Assembly: GCA_964016885.1 (NCBI GenBank)
Contig: OZ024740.1
Location: forward strand, 168,392,001-168,456,000
DNA length: 64,000 nucleotides
Source of the DNA: Eledone cirrhosa
Lineage: Eukaryota
Direction of reading: 5' to 3'
The first letter of the stretch is position 1. Each line of letters starts with the position of its first letter. This document shows positions 24,435 to 35,812 of the stretch, in pieces. Under the pieces are notes generated by a model, which searched no databases, had not been told where the DNA came from, and was given only the letters and a program-made list of their open reading frames with translations. A program made the translations under genes and the position numbers.

Positions 24435-26000
24435 GTAAAAGTTGGTGTCCATCAGGGCTCTGTTCTTAGCCCCCTACTATTTATTATTGCCCTTCAGGCT
24501 ATAACAGAGGAGTTCAAGACTGGCTGCCCATGGGAACTCCTATACGCAGCTGATCTAACGCTCATAGCTGAATCAATGGCCAAGCTAGAGAAGAAATTCC
24601 AAACATGGAAGCACGGCCTAGAATCAAAAGGCCTTAAAATTAACCTGGCTAAGACTAAAGTTCTAGTTTGTAGGAAAGAAAATAAGGCGCCGGTCCCTTC
24701 CGGGAAATGGCCATGCTCAGTGTGTAGGAAAGGCGTAGGTAAAAACTCCATTTTATGTCCCAAATGCAAAGTATGGGTGCATAAAAGATGTAGTGGGATC
24801 ACAGGTAAGCTAACTAAGAACACAGATTTTACATGTGGCCGGTGCTCTGGTGCAATAAGTAGCAGCAAGTGCCCACAAAATACTAGCTCTTTCAATTGCG
24901 CAGAGGGTTCTATAGAAATAATGGACAGCTTCCGTTACCTGGGTGACAAAATCAGCAGTGGGGGAGGGTGCTCTGAAAGTACAGTAGCTAGAGTCAGAAC
25001 TGGATGGAAAAAGTTCAGAGAGCTTATACCACTATTAGCCGCTAAAGGGTTCTCCCTAAAAATGAAAGGCAGGTTGTATGATGCCTGCATACGAACAGCA
25101 ATGTTGCATGGCAGTGAGACCTGGGCATTGTGTGCAGAGGATATACGCAGACTAGAGAGGAACGAAGCTTGCATGCTCCGCTGGATGTGTAATAGTAATA
25201 TACGTGAACAGCAAAGCATAAACGAACTAAGGAAAAAATTAGAAATAAGAGGGATCAAATGTTGTTTACTCGAGAGAAGGCTACGTTGGTATGGTCACGT
25301 GATGCGCATGAAAGACGATAGCTGTATAACAAAGTGCAGGGCAATAAAGATAGACGGTAGCCACGGAGTAGGCAGACCCAGAAATACCTGGGACGAGCTG
25401 TTAAATTCCGACCTCACACACTTACACCTCTCCAAGACAATGTCACTGGACCAAGACCTTTGGCGGTACTCAGTAATAGAGAAGACCCGCCTTACCTAAA
25501 TACAAAGTAAAACCTACTACAGTCAGTAGGCATCTCTAGCAAAATACACTCCCGTCCCACCACCCCCACCCCATCCACACCGCCCCTTTCAATGTAAAGT
25601 TATGTTGGTACCACAACATCCAGGCCGAAACAAATGAGATCGTGTAGGTGTCACGACAAAAAACACACAGTCCACGCTGTAATGTGGCCGTGTAGGCAAC
25701 ACGGTAAAAACCTCCCAGTCCCACACTATAAATGTGGTTGGTGTTAGGAAGGGCATCCAGCTGTTGAAAACCCGCCAGACAGTCCACCTGTAATGTGGCC
25801 GTGTAGGCAACACGGTAAAAACCTCCCAGCCCCACACTGTAAATGTGGTTGGTGTTAGGAAGGGCATCCAGCTGTAGAAAACCCGCCAGACAGTCCTATG
25901 CGAGCAAGACAACCACTCTTGCCTCAAGTGGGAAAACTCCCGTCCAAACCCATGCAAGCGTGGAACACGGACGTTAAACGATGATGATGATGATGATGAT
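24435..26000 (+). mobile_element. RTE LINE family B, 5'-truncated, with a tandem duplication in the 3' UTR
   Basis: ORF to 25499 with catalytic YADD mutated to YAAD; roughly 110-bp duplication (25678-25786 / 25788-25895); (GAT)n tail. Confidence 0.92.
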
Positions 26001-26150
26001 GATATATACATACATATATACATACATATATATATACATACATATATATATATATATACATGCACATATACATGTAAGAATGCATATGTATATATGTATA
26101 TATATATACATGTGTGTGTATATATATATATATGTGTGTGTGTGTCTATG

Positions 26151-26214
<64 letters not shown>

Positions 26215-26781
26215 GCTTATGCTGAAAGAATAACTATGTTGCTTGTGTTTATTTCCATCTTCGGTTAGCTTCCCCCTGTGTTGTTTACTTGTCTCACTCG
26301 CTTTACGCGTTTCTATTGTCCTAATAACTTATTTTAGTTATTATCGCTCCAACATGAGGTATATGATTTTTAATGCGATGAAATACCCATGATCGTTTGG
26401 TAAATCACTGATGAGGGACTCATTTTATAACATGTTATCCATGTGCAACCAGCAGTATTCTTCTCACCCATATTTTCATATATATATATGTATATATATA
26501 TAGAGAGAGAGAGTTAGATGTATACATATGTGTATATGTATATGTATGTATATATATATAGAGAGAGAGATAGATATGTATATATAAATTTAGAAGAAAC
26601 AAGGGGCTATGTGGTTACTTGATATAGAGTATTTAGAAATAAAAAAAACAGCACAAACAAGGGACAGTCCCCTCTTCAGTTGTCTGTTGGAGGTCACCAA
26701 CATTTCAATGCATTAAAGACAATGTCTATCTCCAGGGCACTAAAAACGTTTGAAAGTTATCGGGGAAGGAAAAAAGGAGAA

Positions 26782-26818
<37 letters not shown>

Positions 26819-26839
26819 TATATGCGTGTGTGTATATAT

Positions 26840-26872
<33 letters not shown>

Positions 26873-27062
26873 CGTATATACATATATGTATATATACTTT
26901 CATGTATTCATATATATATATATTTATATATATACATTCATATATATATGTACATATATTTATACATATATATATACATTTATATATGTTTATACATTTA
27001 TTATACATACATATATACACTATAATATATACAAATATAAGTTCTTTCATATATACATATAT
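26001..27062. repeat. (TA)n/(CA)n-rich microsatellite block with two short cassettes
   Basis: Directly visible; cassettes at about 26214-26478 and 26586-26783. Confidence 0.9.
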
Positions 27063-27188
27063 ATGGGACAGAGTTGTATCGGATTCCAGTTGCTAATCGC
27101 TTTACTGTGTCGGTTGTCACAAACAGTCATGGCCAGCATGGGCTGGGGTTTGGATTCTGTCGATCGATTGGTTATTGATTAGGCGATA

Positions 27189-27299
27189 CCCGCTGATGAA
27201 GCCGCATACGTCGATTATGCATTGTTGCATAATATATGCAGACGGATGGTGCAGTGCACCTTACTGCTGCATTAAGTGTGGCCGAAATTCGAGTCCGGG
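27189..27299 (+). ncRNA. Type I hammerhead ribozyme motif with GUC cleavage site and large branched stem II
   Basis: CCCG-CTGATGA(27193-27199)-aGCCGCAT...GTGTGGCc-GAAA(27284-27287)-TTCGAG-TC-CGGG; stem I 4 G-C pairs; near-palindromic stem III ATTCGAGT. Confidence 0.8.
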
Positions 27300-27702
27300 A
27301 ACTATTATAGGCACCCGTTTTACGTGTGTTGTATTGAAGCAAATAACATAATGTATCCTCTGGGAATGTATCTTACATTACCCATGGAGTATGCTGAGAT
27401 ACAACCGGTCCTGACATTGATAAATATGCTGGGTCTGTCAACTCCTTATATATATATATATGAAACTTAATTATCTGCGTAATTCTACTCTTGTCGCCTA
27501 TTATTCATAACTCGGCCCTCAGCCTGAACGTTTTTAATATTAACACTATTTTATAATTATTTGATATTATTTACCATTTTCTTATCTTTGGCTTTAGCTG
27601 TTTCTTATTTTCTATTGCACTTGTTGACAGTTATGAGGTTCCCGGAGAAAAATGGCGCTGAACCTTTCATTTTGAAAAAATCACGTGATTTAACACCTCT
27701 GT

Positions 27703-28524
27703 GTGTGTGCGCGCGTGGGGGGGGGGGCGAGAGTACGACGCCCCAATCGAAAGAATGAGCTGGACCACTACATGATATAAATAGTAGCGGCCAAGTTGGT
27801 ACTAGCTCTACAGGTCGTGTGTTGACAGTCAAATTTGGAATTCACGTTAGCGTGATGGTTCTTAAAAGATTGTTGTTCCGTTGCGTGTGGTTATTGTCGT
27901 GTGTTTCGATTATATTGTTATTACACTGTTGCAGTGTATTCGTTTATCCATAAGGACATAACATCTGACGACAAAGCCCGTTCTTGTAGAACACAAAATC
28001 TCAAAAGGGAAGATGATGTGCGAGAGTACGAACCCCCCTGGCGAGAATGAGCTGGACTACTACAAATAAATAGTAGCGGCCTGCGTAAGTGGGCAGGTTG
28101 GTACCAGTTCGTGTGTTGATAGTCGAAGTTAGTACTAGTCCCACAGTTCGTGTTGATAGTCGAGGTTGGTATTAGTTCCACAGTTCGACTTTGATAGTCC
28201 AGTTCGAGGTAGCCTGTTGGATTGTTGGTTCTTAAATGATTGTTGTTCCGTTACGTATGGTTATTGCCGTTTGTTTCGATTATATTATTACTGTTTCAGT
28301 GGATTGGCAGTATTGGTAGAGGGTCGGACGCTATGCTTTGACGCATAGTTACGGCCCTTGCCATTCTGAGTTCGAATCCCGCCGAGGTTAACTTTGCCTT
28401 TCATCTTTACGGGGTCGATAAAATAAAGTACCAGTAATACACTGCGTAATTGCCGGCCTTGTGCCAAAAAGTAGAAACAATTATTACTGTTGCAGTGTAT
28501 TCGTTTATCCATAAGGACATAACA
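27703..28524 (+). mobile_element. TRIM-like miniature LTR element (two direct repeats, 50-bp internal region)
   Basis: Repeats share gcgagagtacga...gaatgagctgga...aaatagtagcggcc and both end gtgtattcgtttatccataaggacataACA (27963, 28524). Purine tract AAAAGGGAAGA (28003-28013) directly precedes TG at 28014. The left boundary is uncertain. Confidence 0.6.
28302..28486 (+). mobile_element. SINE family 1 inserted in the second LTR-like repeat
   Basis: A/B boxes; TSD attattactgtt(t/g)cagtg at 28284-28301 and 28480-28497. Confidence 0.9.
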
Positions 28525-28620
28525 ATATATATGTGTGTATATATATATATACACGTATATATGTTGATTTAAAACTGCACTATCCACAAGTGTTTTTTAG
28601 CCTTCATATCATGTTCTCCT

Positions 28621-28689
28621 GTTTTATCTGATGAAAACACAAATATTATTGCATGATGATGTTTGTTTTTGAAATGCGCATAATAAAAT
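28621..28689 (+). ncRNA. Type I hammerhead ribozyme motif (minimal, perfect palindromic stem III)
   Basis: GTTTTAT-CTGATGA-AAAcACAAATATTATT gcat GATGATGTTTGTtTTT-GAAA-TGCGCA-TA-ATAAAAT; stem I 7 bp, stem II 15/16 paired, stem III ATGCGCAT. Confidence 0.8.
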
Positions 28690-28730
28690 ACATGGAACTC
28701 CTTTAACCATCTTTTGATCTTATATATCAC

Positions 28731-28766
<36 letters not shown>

Positions 28767-28770
<4 letters not shown>

Positions 28771-28943
28771 GTTTCTACTTTAGGCACAAGGCCAGCAATT
28801 ACCCAGTGCATTACTGGTACTTTATTTTATCGACCCCGTAAGGATGAAAGTCAACCTCGGCGGGATTTGAACTCAGATCGTAAAGGGACGTAACTATGCT
28901 GGAAAGCATGGCGTCCGACCCTCTACCGATACTGCCAATCCAC
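28767..28943 (-). mobile_element. SINE family 1
   Basis: Near-identical to 18536-18719. Further copies at 34597-34781 (-), 50303-50490 (-), 63776-63870 (-, partial), and older ones near 31640, 46550, 48900 and 59560. Confidence 0.9.
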
Positions 28944-28989
28944 TATATATAATGATGTGATTTGACACCTGTATGTACACACACACACA

Positions 28990-30813
28990 CAGGGCCGGCG
29001 TTACTATATAGGCAAACTTGGCAGCCACCTAGGGCGCTTATTTCACGGGGCGCATTTCTCCAAATCAACAACAATTTTGAAAAGTAAATAAATTAATTTT
29101 ATTGAGGGGTGACGTTTTTTATTCTGGTTTTTACAGGAACAAATAACACCGTGTAACAAACAAAAAAATGTTCTCTGTTCCTGGCTTGTAATCACTTTTT
29201 TGTGTTGCTTAGGTCCCAAATAAATTTAAAAAAGTGCTATTAAACAGTTAAAAGTTTGGGTTTGTAAAAATTCTAAGCTATTCACTAGAATTATTTGTAT
29301 ACTGGACTTTACGTTGTATGTAAGTTTAATTTACTTATGTTAAATGATTTTTTTATATATGTTTCAGGTTAAATTAAAATTATAAAATAAAGAGTAATAC
29401 CTAAAGAAAATTATAAAAGTGCAATAAAGTATAAAATTGTTAAAAAGTGGATTAAAGAGATTTATTGATACTGGGGTATCAATAAAGTTCCTCACTTCCC
29501 AAACCAAAAAGAAGTCAATGACTTGGTCAGGGATATGGGTCTGACCAAGTCCAATGCAGAGCTATTCGTCTCCAGGAGGAAGTGCAGGTGGCAAGTCAGA
29601 GAAGTCGACACGAACCTTTCTCAGGCTTTTACACTCTTAGGGATGGCCTCTGCTTCTGCCTGGACTGTTTGACGTTATTGGGGTGCCGTTTGTGCCCAAG
29701 GAGTGGCGGCTATTTATAGACAGCTCCACCACAAGTTTGAAGGCTGTCCTCCTCCACAATGGAAACAAGTTCCCGACACTGCCCCTAGCTCATTCAGTCT
29801 GCCTGAAGTACCTTCTTGAGTTCTTCCCCAAGTTATCTGAGGCCAAAATCAAAGGTAGAATTTTGTTGGACCTCAGATAAAGAAGGTGTTTGAGTCTACC
29901 GAGTTCTCCAATAAGCTCAATAGGATTGAGAGAACAGCATGGAACTGTTTCAAGGCAGTTGTTAAGGGCTTCCTGGGCAACTACAGAGCTGAAAACTACC
30001 AGCAACTGATGTAGGATATGATAAAGGCTTTTGGCCCCATGGGATGCAGGATGTCGCTTAAACTCCATATGCTGGACGCTCACCTGGAAAAATTCAAGGA
30101 CAATATGGGCGCCTACTCAGAACAAGGCGAACGATTCCACCAAGATGTGAAAGAAAGAGATAGAGCGGAGGTACCAGGGCCACTACAATGAAAAAATGAT
30201 GGTGGGACTATATCTGGGGGGCTAGTGCAGGAATGTGACCTGGACTACAACCGCAAATCCAGTCATTTCTGACTTGTATAAGTTGCTTTATAAGTGTTAT
30301 TTGTTTTTACTTGTTTGCTTTTGATAAGCTTGTGTAATAAAATAAATATATACTCTGTTGATTTAATTATATGAACTGAAAAATTTTTTTAAAATGTGTT
30401 TTTTCTTGAAAAATATGAAAATTTCGAAATATCAAACTCCTGACCACAAACCCAAACTTCTGATTAAATAATAGTGTTTTTTTATAATAATGGGATATAA
30501 CAAACCAGTAAATGACACTTAGAACCGGGGAACAAAAAATATGTTACGGTGTAATCGTGTAGTCATCTGACCAGAACAAGCTAAATGTCTGGGTGAAATC
30601 GAGCGTATACGAAACTTTCAGGACGTAATTACGCTCACGTATTTTTATAGGCCACGAAACTTTTGGATAATTTCCCTATTGCTGCTCCTTTCACTTCCAG
30701 TATCATTGGAAAATGATGAGTAGTTTCTCAAACCTCAAGATTATAAAATCTGACATTCACCCTACAATATTGCAAGAGTCTTGTTGACTTGGCAACTATA
30801 TCAATTGAACATG
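28990..30813 (+). mobile_element. hAT transposon relic (host of the Chapaev3 insertion)
   Basis: CAGGGCCGGC terminus at 28990; dimerisation-domain remnant LLLLSLPVS...FSNLKIIKS...LVDLATISIEH at about 30678-30813. Confidence 0.65.
29147..30551 (+). mobile_element. Chapaev3-type (CMC) DNA transposon, internally deleted
   Basis: Termini CACCGTGTAACA... and ...TGTTACGGTG with TAA 3-bp TSD; transposase remnants EWRLFIDSS..SLKAVLLHNGN, MSLKLHMLDAHL, EQGERFHQD, RYQG. Confidence 0.85.
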
Positions 30814-30959
30814 CTCAGGCTTCATCACTTGGTTTAGCTGAATTGGTTAAAATCTTTGCCGAGAAATAGGCACACAAAATGAGATTTTGAATTGTCTTTC
30901 TGTCTGCATTTATTCCCCAACCAAATTTGGTTTCGAGTGTATTAGTATTGAGCGTCTGT

Positions 30960-31230
30960 TCAACTGAAGGTGATTTCTGGATCTGCAAACTCATCATCAA
31001 TGGTCTGTAGATGTCCTTCTCCTGCATTTTTCTTACAACGTTAACATCAAGTGAGCAACTGATCTCTGCAACAGAGTATGTTTTCAATGTGTGGTCCCAG
31101 ATAATAATATCAGGCCGGTTGTGCTTTAATTTGGTGGCAGTTTTTTTTTGTTTTTTTTCAGGTTCCACTTGTATTCCTTAGTGTCATCTATCTCAACATA
31201 TTCCTTTTCATTTGTTTATAATTTTGTTTT
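30960..31230 (-). mobile_element. RLE-type non-LTR retrotransposon fragment
   Basis: KHNRPDIIIWD...VAEISCSLDVNV PD-(D/E)xK-like motif in ORF 30815-31168. Confidence 0.6.
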
Positions 31231-31460
31231 GGCTGACTGAGGTTAAAGGTCAGTGTGTGTTTATATGCGACTATTGGAGAACATGGGCACAATCTCATTG
31301 AGGTTTCACTACACATATTTATAAACATATATGACATATGTGTGTGTGTTTGTGTATAAACATTGGTTGATTGCTAACACGTTCATTCACTCCTATCCAC
31401 TTTTCCCTGTTTTCTTTCTTTTCTTACTCTCATCTATCTACTTTTTCTTCTTCTCTCTTC

Positions 31461-31535
<75 letters not shown>

Positions 31536-32574
31536 GGATTAGCGTCGGAAACGGTATAACTCTTTTCCGTGTATATCAAGAATTAAACTAATATACCGCA
31601 AGTTTTCTTATCAAACACTTAAGAATTTCATTAATGCACTGCCCTAAACTGGTATTTTATTTTAACGAATCCGAAGAGATGTAAGACAAAGTTGACCTTG
31701 GTGGGATTTGAATTCAGAGTATAGAAAGTCAAAACATACCGCAAGACCTGTTGTCTTACTCTCAGATGACTGCCAATTCGTCGCCTACATGATCTGACCT
31801 TATTCAAGTGTGAGATAAAGATGAAATAGGTCAGTTAAATTTGATAAAGAGGTACAGCAAAATCAGTGTCCCTGCACTAATGCACTCACACAACAAACTA
31901 TATCCTATTTTATCAGTGTATAATGAAGAGTAGCACATCTCTTTTTATACGGTTTTCACAAAAAGATTATAGATCTTGACCTATATAGCGTATTTAATAT
32001 AGGGATTTAAACATTTTCAACATTACGTATGTAATTAGTAGACACAAATTCCTTATCCAGAGTCTAAATTAAAAAAAAAAAACATCCAAAGTCCTATTCA
32101 TTCAAACCATATCAAAAGTCATGTGAAAACATAAATTCCGTCTTCATAAGGCTGTGAGTTTGATTCCGGTAGCACGTTATGTCTTCGAACAAGACACTTT
32201 ATTTCCCATTACTCCAGTCCATTTCAACTGGCAAAAATGAGTCGTACTTGTAGTTAAAAAAGAATCGTTTAGGCACAGACGCTATCACTCCGAATCTCTA
32301 TAAGAATTACGTCAAGGATACATGTGTCTATGAAATGTTCAGCAACTTGCACCTATATTTCACGAGCGGGCTGTTCCTTTGTTCGTACAACTGAAATACT
32401 TGCCATCAAAACCGACAGAGGTTCAACAGATTGATTCTGTCAATACTTACAGTTTCAGGTATAAAAAAAAAAATTAAAAAAAAAAAAAAACCAGAATCCG
32501 AATCCCATAAAACTTGTGGAATATATATGTGGTTGTAGTAGGATAGATAAGATTAAGTAATGGAGTGGTAATAG

Positions 32575-33620
32575 AGAAAACTAAACTAGAGAAAGAGCTA
32601 GTTAGAAAGCGTTTAGGAAAGGCAACGCAACTGACATGCTTGCGCCGAGATTGGCTCTCGAGCAATTATTTAACGCAAAGCACGAAAGTCGCGTTATCAG
32701 AGCTAGGAGACAAAAGCTGTTCAATGGGTCCGAGTGGTGGAGGCGCGTCGTGGCAAAAAAGCCACTATCCGGTCTTTGGCGGTCGCGGCGAGCGCATGTT
32801 ATTCAATCCCAAACGGATGGGAACAGCTTTCCAGCAGCACTTCGCTCAATTGTTCGGGCGTAAGGATGAGTTTTATCGTGCGTTGGAGATTAGTGCCTAA
32901 TTCGACGGCCTGCCGCGGTTCTTGACCATGGAGTGTTGCGAAAGGCCGATAACAGGCGCTGAGGTACAGAAGGTGACGATTGAATGCACGAGGAGCAAAT
33001 CATCTGGTTTAGATAGCCTGCTTTACAAGGTTTACGTTTAGAGACCAGATTTGTTCTGTGACTTCTTGGCAGACATTTACTGCAGCTGCCGGCGGAACAG
33101 GAGAATTTTCAGTTCTGTGAATAGCTACTTTTCAGAACCGTTCAACATCATGGGGGACTAGACATGTTGTAGGTAACGATGTGCAAACATGCGCTCTTGC
33201 TACAGCATTTGCAGCTCTTCCTTGATGGTGAACAGGTGTGGTCGCCATTAGCTAGGCACATTTTTTGCCCAACTCGTCTCCTTAACGGAGCTGCAGTCCT
33301 GGATCAAGTAAAGACCGAGAGGAAGTGTTTGGAGATTGGAATGTTTTCTAGCGCTCACAGCCCTCAGCCAATTGGGCAGTACGGTCGTTTGAAACTCCAC
33401 TTTTGCATTCTATAAAGGGTTAGTGGAGGGTAATAGTGACAACATCCTTTGGGGAGACTCTGGGCGTCGATGAAAATCAACTAACCAATCCTTTCCGGAG
33501 AACCTTTAGACCGGGGCCTAAGGACAACTCCAAAAAATCCCTGGTCTGACAGTGCTACCGGGGAGAATTGCCAGTTCAAGATAAACTCTGCAGGAATGGA
33601 AATGCTGTCAGTCGGGTATG
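32575..33620 (+). mobile_element. Decayed Tx1 LINE fragment
   Basis: Homologous to the reverse complement of 3540-3960 (FLDGEQVWSP, GPKDN.KKSL, CYRG) plus upstream ORF2 remnants. Confidence 0.75.
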
Positions 33621-34294
33621 AACATTGTACAAAATGATTTACGTTATTTAGTTACAACTTTATATGTGCTGAGTTCAAATCCCGCCAAGCTTAACTTGCT
33701 TTGTCTAATAAAATATATGTTTTAATTCCCAATAGCCTCTGTTTCATCTGGTTTCGATTGGCAGGTGGGACTCATTACAATTCGCATGTAAGAAAAGGTA
33801 TCGACGTCGTAACTAACTTTTCTCCTCCTTAAAAAAACACAAATGTCAATCCTAGTAAACTATTTTGTTTTGTTTTTCACTCTTTTGTTTCTCGATTAAG
33901 TGTACTATTTAAGTTTGGCAATCGAAGCTACTTGCGTTCAGATGTCAAGACAGTTCATGAAAACCCGTGGAGCCAAGATGGCTACCACAACGATATTTAA
34001 ATCCTCGACAGACATCACATTACCGAAGTATCAGGTGGTGGCCACAAGAATGTTTGATCATTAATTAACGGCAACGCTGCATGTTGACTTGGCTCAAAAT
34101 TTATTAGAGGAAAATTACAGCACCCTTGTTGTGGTGTGTGATTGAGTGTGTGTGACTTCTCTCACATCTTATAATATGTATGTATACACAGTTTTTAATG
34201 AAAGTTTACTAATTTTCTTCAAATACTTTTGAATATATATATTCAATTTGAAGAAAATTAGTAAACTTCCATTAAAAACTGTATATATATACAT

Positions 34295-34575
34295 ACCACT
34301 TTGTCGAGAACAAGGAGCACATACTGCAATAGCCTAGGGTTCAAGGGACCCCAGCTTTTTAATCAGCTGCCAAAAACTCTCAGAGATCTATATGGTGTGC
34401 ATGTAGATGTTTTCAAGAGAAATCTTGACTTCCTACTGACCAAGATCCCGGATGAACCCACAGTACAGGCGAAGCACAAATAAAAGCAGCAGCAACAAAC
34501 TCCCTTTCACATCAGTGACCAACCAGGGAAGGCTGGCTATAAAAAGTGTAGCATCAGTGGCAGTGCCCCAGCATA
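34295..34575 (+). mobile_element. CR1-like LINE 3' fragment
   Basis: NSLGFKGPQLFNQLP..LR......FKRNLDFLL.KIPDEP C-terminal motif. Confidence 0.7.
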
Positions 34576-34781
34576 ACTGGAAAACAAATAAATAATAATT
34601 GTTTCTACTATTGGCACAAGGCCAGCAATTAATCAGTACATTACTGGTACTTTATTTTATCGACCCCGTAAGGATGAAAGGCAAAGTTAACCTCGGCGGG
34701 ATTTGAACTCAGAATGGAAAGGGACGTAACTCTATGCGTCAAAGCATGGCGTCCGACCCTCTACCGATACTGCCAATTCAC

Positions 34782-34848
<67 letters not shown>

Positions 34849-35189
34849 GTCTAAAGTCTATCTTAAGCCAGACTTTGGCCATGCTTATCCCGCTTTCATG
34901 GCATGAAGCGACTGAGAGTACAAGACTTCCCTCCTGGACAGGACGCCAGTCCACCGCAGGGTTAAACCCCCAGCTATAGTTGGTATTCATTTTCAGCTGA
35001 GTATACTGGAGCAACGTGAAATCAAGTGTTTTGTTCAAGAACACAACACGCAACCCATGAATCGGACCCACGACATTATGATCGTAAGTCCAACAACCTT
35101 ACCACTAGGTTATATATGTATGTGTGTGTATTGTTTATTTGTATACATTCTATTGAAATAAATATCACAAATAAAATACTTTGTTTGTA

Positions 35190-35282
35190 ACCTGGTTGAG
35201 TTATGTCCCTTGGATTTATCAGTGTTTATACCGTTCTCGCTGATTATACATTCACATTAGTCGTTTGTTGTTTAGACCAACG
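35190..35282 (+). promoter_or_regulatory. Candidate TPMT promoter / non-coding first exon
   Basis: Coding exon 1 has an acceptor 8 nt upstream of its ATG, so an upstream exon is required. This non-repetitive stretch ends in a perfect CG|GTAAGT donor at 35283. The start coordinate is a guess. Confidence 0.3.
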
Positions 35283-35812
35283 GTAAGTAAAGATTACTCT
35301 CTTTATTTTACTTTAAATTCGGGTCACATACATGCCCATTTAAATTTTATTTTGTATTGATGAAATAATGTTTTACAGGGAAATGCGGCAGAATGAGATT
35401 CACAATTTTTGGAGAGATTTAAAGACACGTAAATTAAAATCTATATAACGAGGAATAGACTTCCTGCGTGTTTCAGTTAATTTTTCAAATATAATTTAGA
35501 TTTAATTATCTTAAGATATATATGTTTTAGTAGAATATCCGAAACCTCCTAAACTGATGTGGCCTGCCAAAATTTCACAATATTCGTCTTATGAGTTTTT
35601 TTTATCGGAGTTTATATTTTTTTTTAAGAGAACACTTTGGATAGTACGTATCCTCCCACCCCAAAAAAGACTGTCACGGGTGGAATGTCTCTAATTATAA
35701 GTTTTTCTGATCGATGCTGGTCAATAATTACATACCATATTGATGCTGGGGTACAAGTGCTGCACAGTGTGATTGAAACTAACTACATGGTTACGAAACG
35801 TAACTGTTTCAC

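Noticed and set aside
26400-26450. CTGATGAGGGA in a (TA)n cassette as another hammerhead
   Set aside because: No downstream GAAA or stem III; the upstream GAAA does not give a valid permuted fold. At most a truncated remnant.
26655-26690. Minus-strand CTGAAGA-GGGG..CCCT as a hammerhead
   Set aside because: A stem II-like hairpin is present but GAAA and the cleavage triplet are missing.
25981-27182. YI/CV-rich ORFs here and at 89-373 and 10188-11118
   Set aside because: These are translations of (TA)n/(TG)n microsatellites.
27648-27690. AAAATGGCG plus TCACGTGA as a promoter
   Set aside because: Short motifs with no associated exon or gene, lying between repeat cassettes.
28302-28385. tRNA gene
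   Set aside because: The A/B boxes belong to a multi-copy SINE head with TSDs; no complete cloverleaf.
31531-31565. ctgaaggattagcgtcggaaacggta after (CT)n as a hammerhead
   Set aside because: The CTGANGA core is incomplete and stems I and II are not convincing.
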